A stretch of 64,000 nt of DNA from Alphaproteobacteria bacterium (GTDB lineage Bacteria; Pseudomonadota; Alphaproteobacteria; UBA11136), in NCBI GenBank assembly GCA_030739855.1, contig JASLYJ010000001.1, positions 6,998 to 70,997 on the forward strand. Reading direction: 5' to 3'. Shown one piece after another: positions 63,267-64,000 of the stretch (positions within the stretch are counted from its first letter, which is position 1; every line of letters begins with the position of its first letter). The notes under the pieces are model-generated. The model was not told the DNA's origin and searched no databases. It saw only the letters and a list, made by a program, of their open reading frames with translations. The translations under genes were made by a program, and so were the position numbers.

Positions 63267-63908
63267 TCATGGCTGCCAACGCAGAAAATTGGCGATAAGG
63301 CGCAAGCCTGCATCCTGGCTTTTTTCCGGATGGAACTGGGTCCCCAGTAGATTGTCACGAGCCACCATGGATGCCACCGCGCCGCCGTAATCTGAGGTGG
63401 TCAGAATGTGTTTCTGTTCCGCGCAAACTATTTCATAACCATGCACGAAATAGAAATGGGTGCCAGGCCCGATCCCATCGAGAACGGGATGGGGTCGGAC
63501 GACATCCAGTTGGTTCCAGCCCATATGGGGTATCTTCAATGTCTTGTTATCGGGCTCCAGAGCGCGCACCTCGCCCGGAATCCAGCTCAAACCATCGTGA
63601 ATCCCATGTTCCAGTCCGCGCTCTGCCATCAAATGCATACCCACGCAAATGCCTAGAAACGGCTTGCCTTTTACTGTGACTTCACTTTCCAAGGCCTCCG
63701 CCATGCCAGGCAGGGCATCAAGGCCTGCGCGGCAGTCACCGAAAGTGCCCACACCAGGCAGCACGATATGGCTGGCGTTAGAAAGTGCGGCAGCATTTTC
63801 AGTCACCTCCACGTGCGATGTCATTCCGGTCTCAACCACAGCGTGCTCGAAAGCCTTAGTCGCGGACCGCAGATTTCCGGAACCGTAATCAATAAGCACT
63901 ATCGTCAT
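63267..63908 (-). CDS. hisH: imidazole glycerol phosphate synthase, glutamine amidotransferase subunit
   Basis: Class-I GATase triad context (GICVGMHLM, FHPEKS). N-terminus MTIVLIDYGSGNLRS. Confidence 0.95.
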   Translation of the reverse strand: MTIVLIDYGSGNLRSATKAFEHAVVETGMTSHVEVTENAAALSNASHIVLPGVGTFGDCRAGLDALPGMAEALESEVTVKGKPFLGICVGMHLMAERGLEHGIHDGLSWIPGEVRALEPDNKTLKIPHMGWNQLDVVRPHPVLDGIGPGTHFYFVHGYEIVCAEQKHILTTSDYGGAVASMVARDNLLGTQFHPEKSQDAGLRLIANFLRWQP

Positions 63909-64000
63909 GGCACAGTGGAAGTCACGCTACGGTAGATTGATTGTCGTTTGGGGTGTCCTCCGCAATGTTTTTAAGATAGCGGAATATGGCTGTGTCCCTG

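Noticed and set aside
1-64000. Mobile elements, CRISPR arrays, prophage or defence islands
   Set aside because: I found no transposase, integrase, recombinase, repeat-spacer array, direct repeats flanking a block, or tRNA integration site. Gene content is core and syntenic with other alphaproteobacteria.

Overview
This is a high-GC (~58–60%) chromosomal segment from an alphaproteobacterium, judged from gene content and synteny. About 85% of it is conserved housekeeping genes, most on the minus strand.

Reading left to right, the gene order is:
- rpsO (truncated at the window edge), truB, rbfA, infB, nusA, rimP, trmB, metK.
- The lnt–corC–ybeY–phoH–miaB cluster, then a PlsC-type acyltransferase, fur, a MucR/Ros regulator, a TusA-like gene and tsaB.
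- A less conserved stretch: nitroreductase, a secreted polysaccharide deacetylase, a Bax-type glucosaminidase, a 330-bp AT-rich spacer, Nfu, and a USP–TIGR02186–TauE/SafE module.
- trpS, murJ, glnD, an eIF-2B-family gene, mutS, pstSCAB-phoU, ampG, a PfkB kinase, an EI24/CysZ-family membrane protein, nth and dapB.
- The heat-shock block dnaJ, dnaK, grpE, hrcA, then rph, rdgB, hemW.
- An LpoA-like gene, rsmI, a DolP-like BON lipoprotein, gshB, two tandem Zn-dependent alcohol dehydrogenases, a HIT protein and hisE, hisF, hisA, hisH.

I found no rRNA, tRNA, CRISPR array, transposase or integrase. Many operons are translationally coupled through ATGA or TGATG overlaps.

Nothing here is a clearly novel multi-gene system. 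The features most worth a second look are:
- A tightly coupled three-gene membrane module of unknown function (USP–TIGR02186–TauE/SafE).
- A C-terminal remnant of a VanX-like D-Ala-D-Ala dipeptidase gene next to tsaB. With the low-complexity insertions and tails in RdgB, PhoU and DnaK, this may hint at relaxed selection.
- An unusually AT-rich 330-bp regulatory spacer with a perfect palindrome, upstream of a peptidoglycan glucosaminidase.
- An AT-rich MucR/TusA locus.
- A C8 homopolymer plus inverted repeat in the dnaK leader.
- An eIF-2B-family gene sitting between glnD and mutS.

Start codons are inferred and several are uncertain. The ORF track clearly translates GTG and TTG starts as M.
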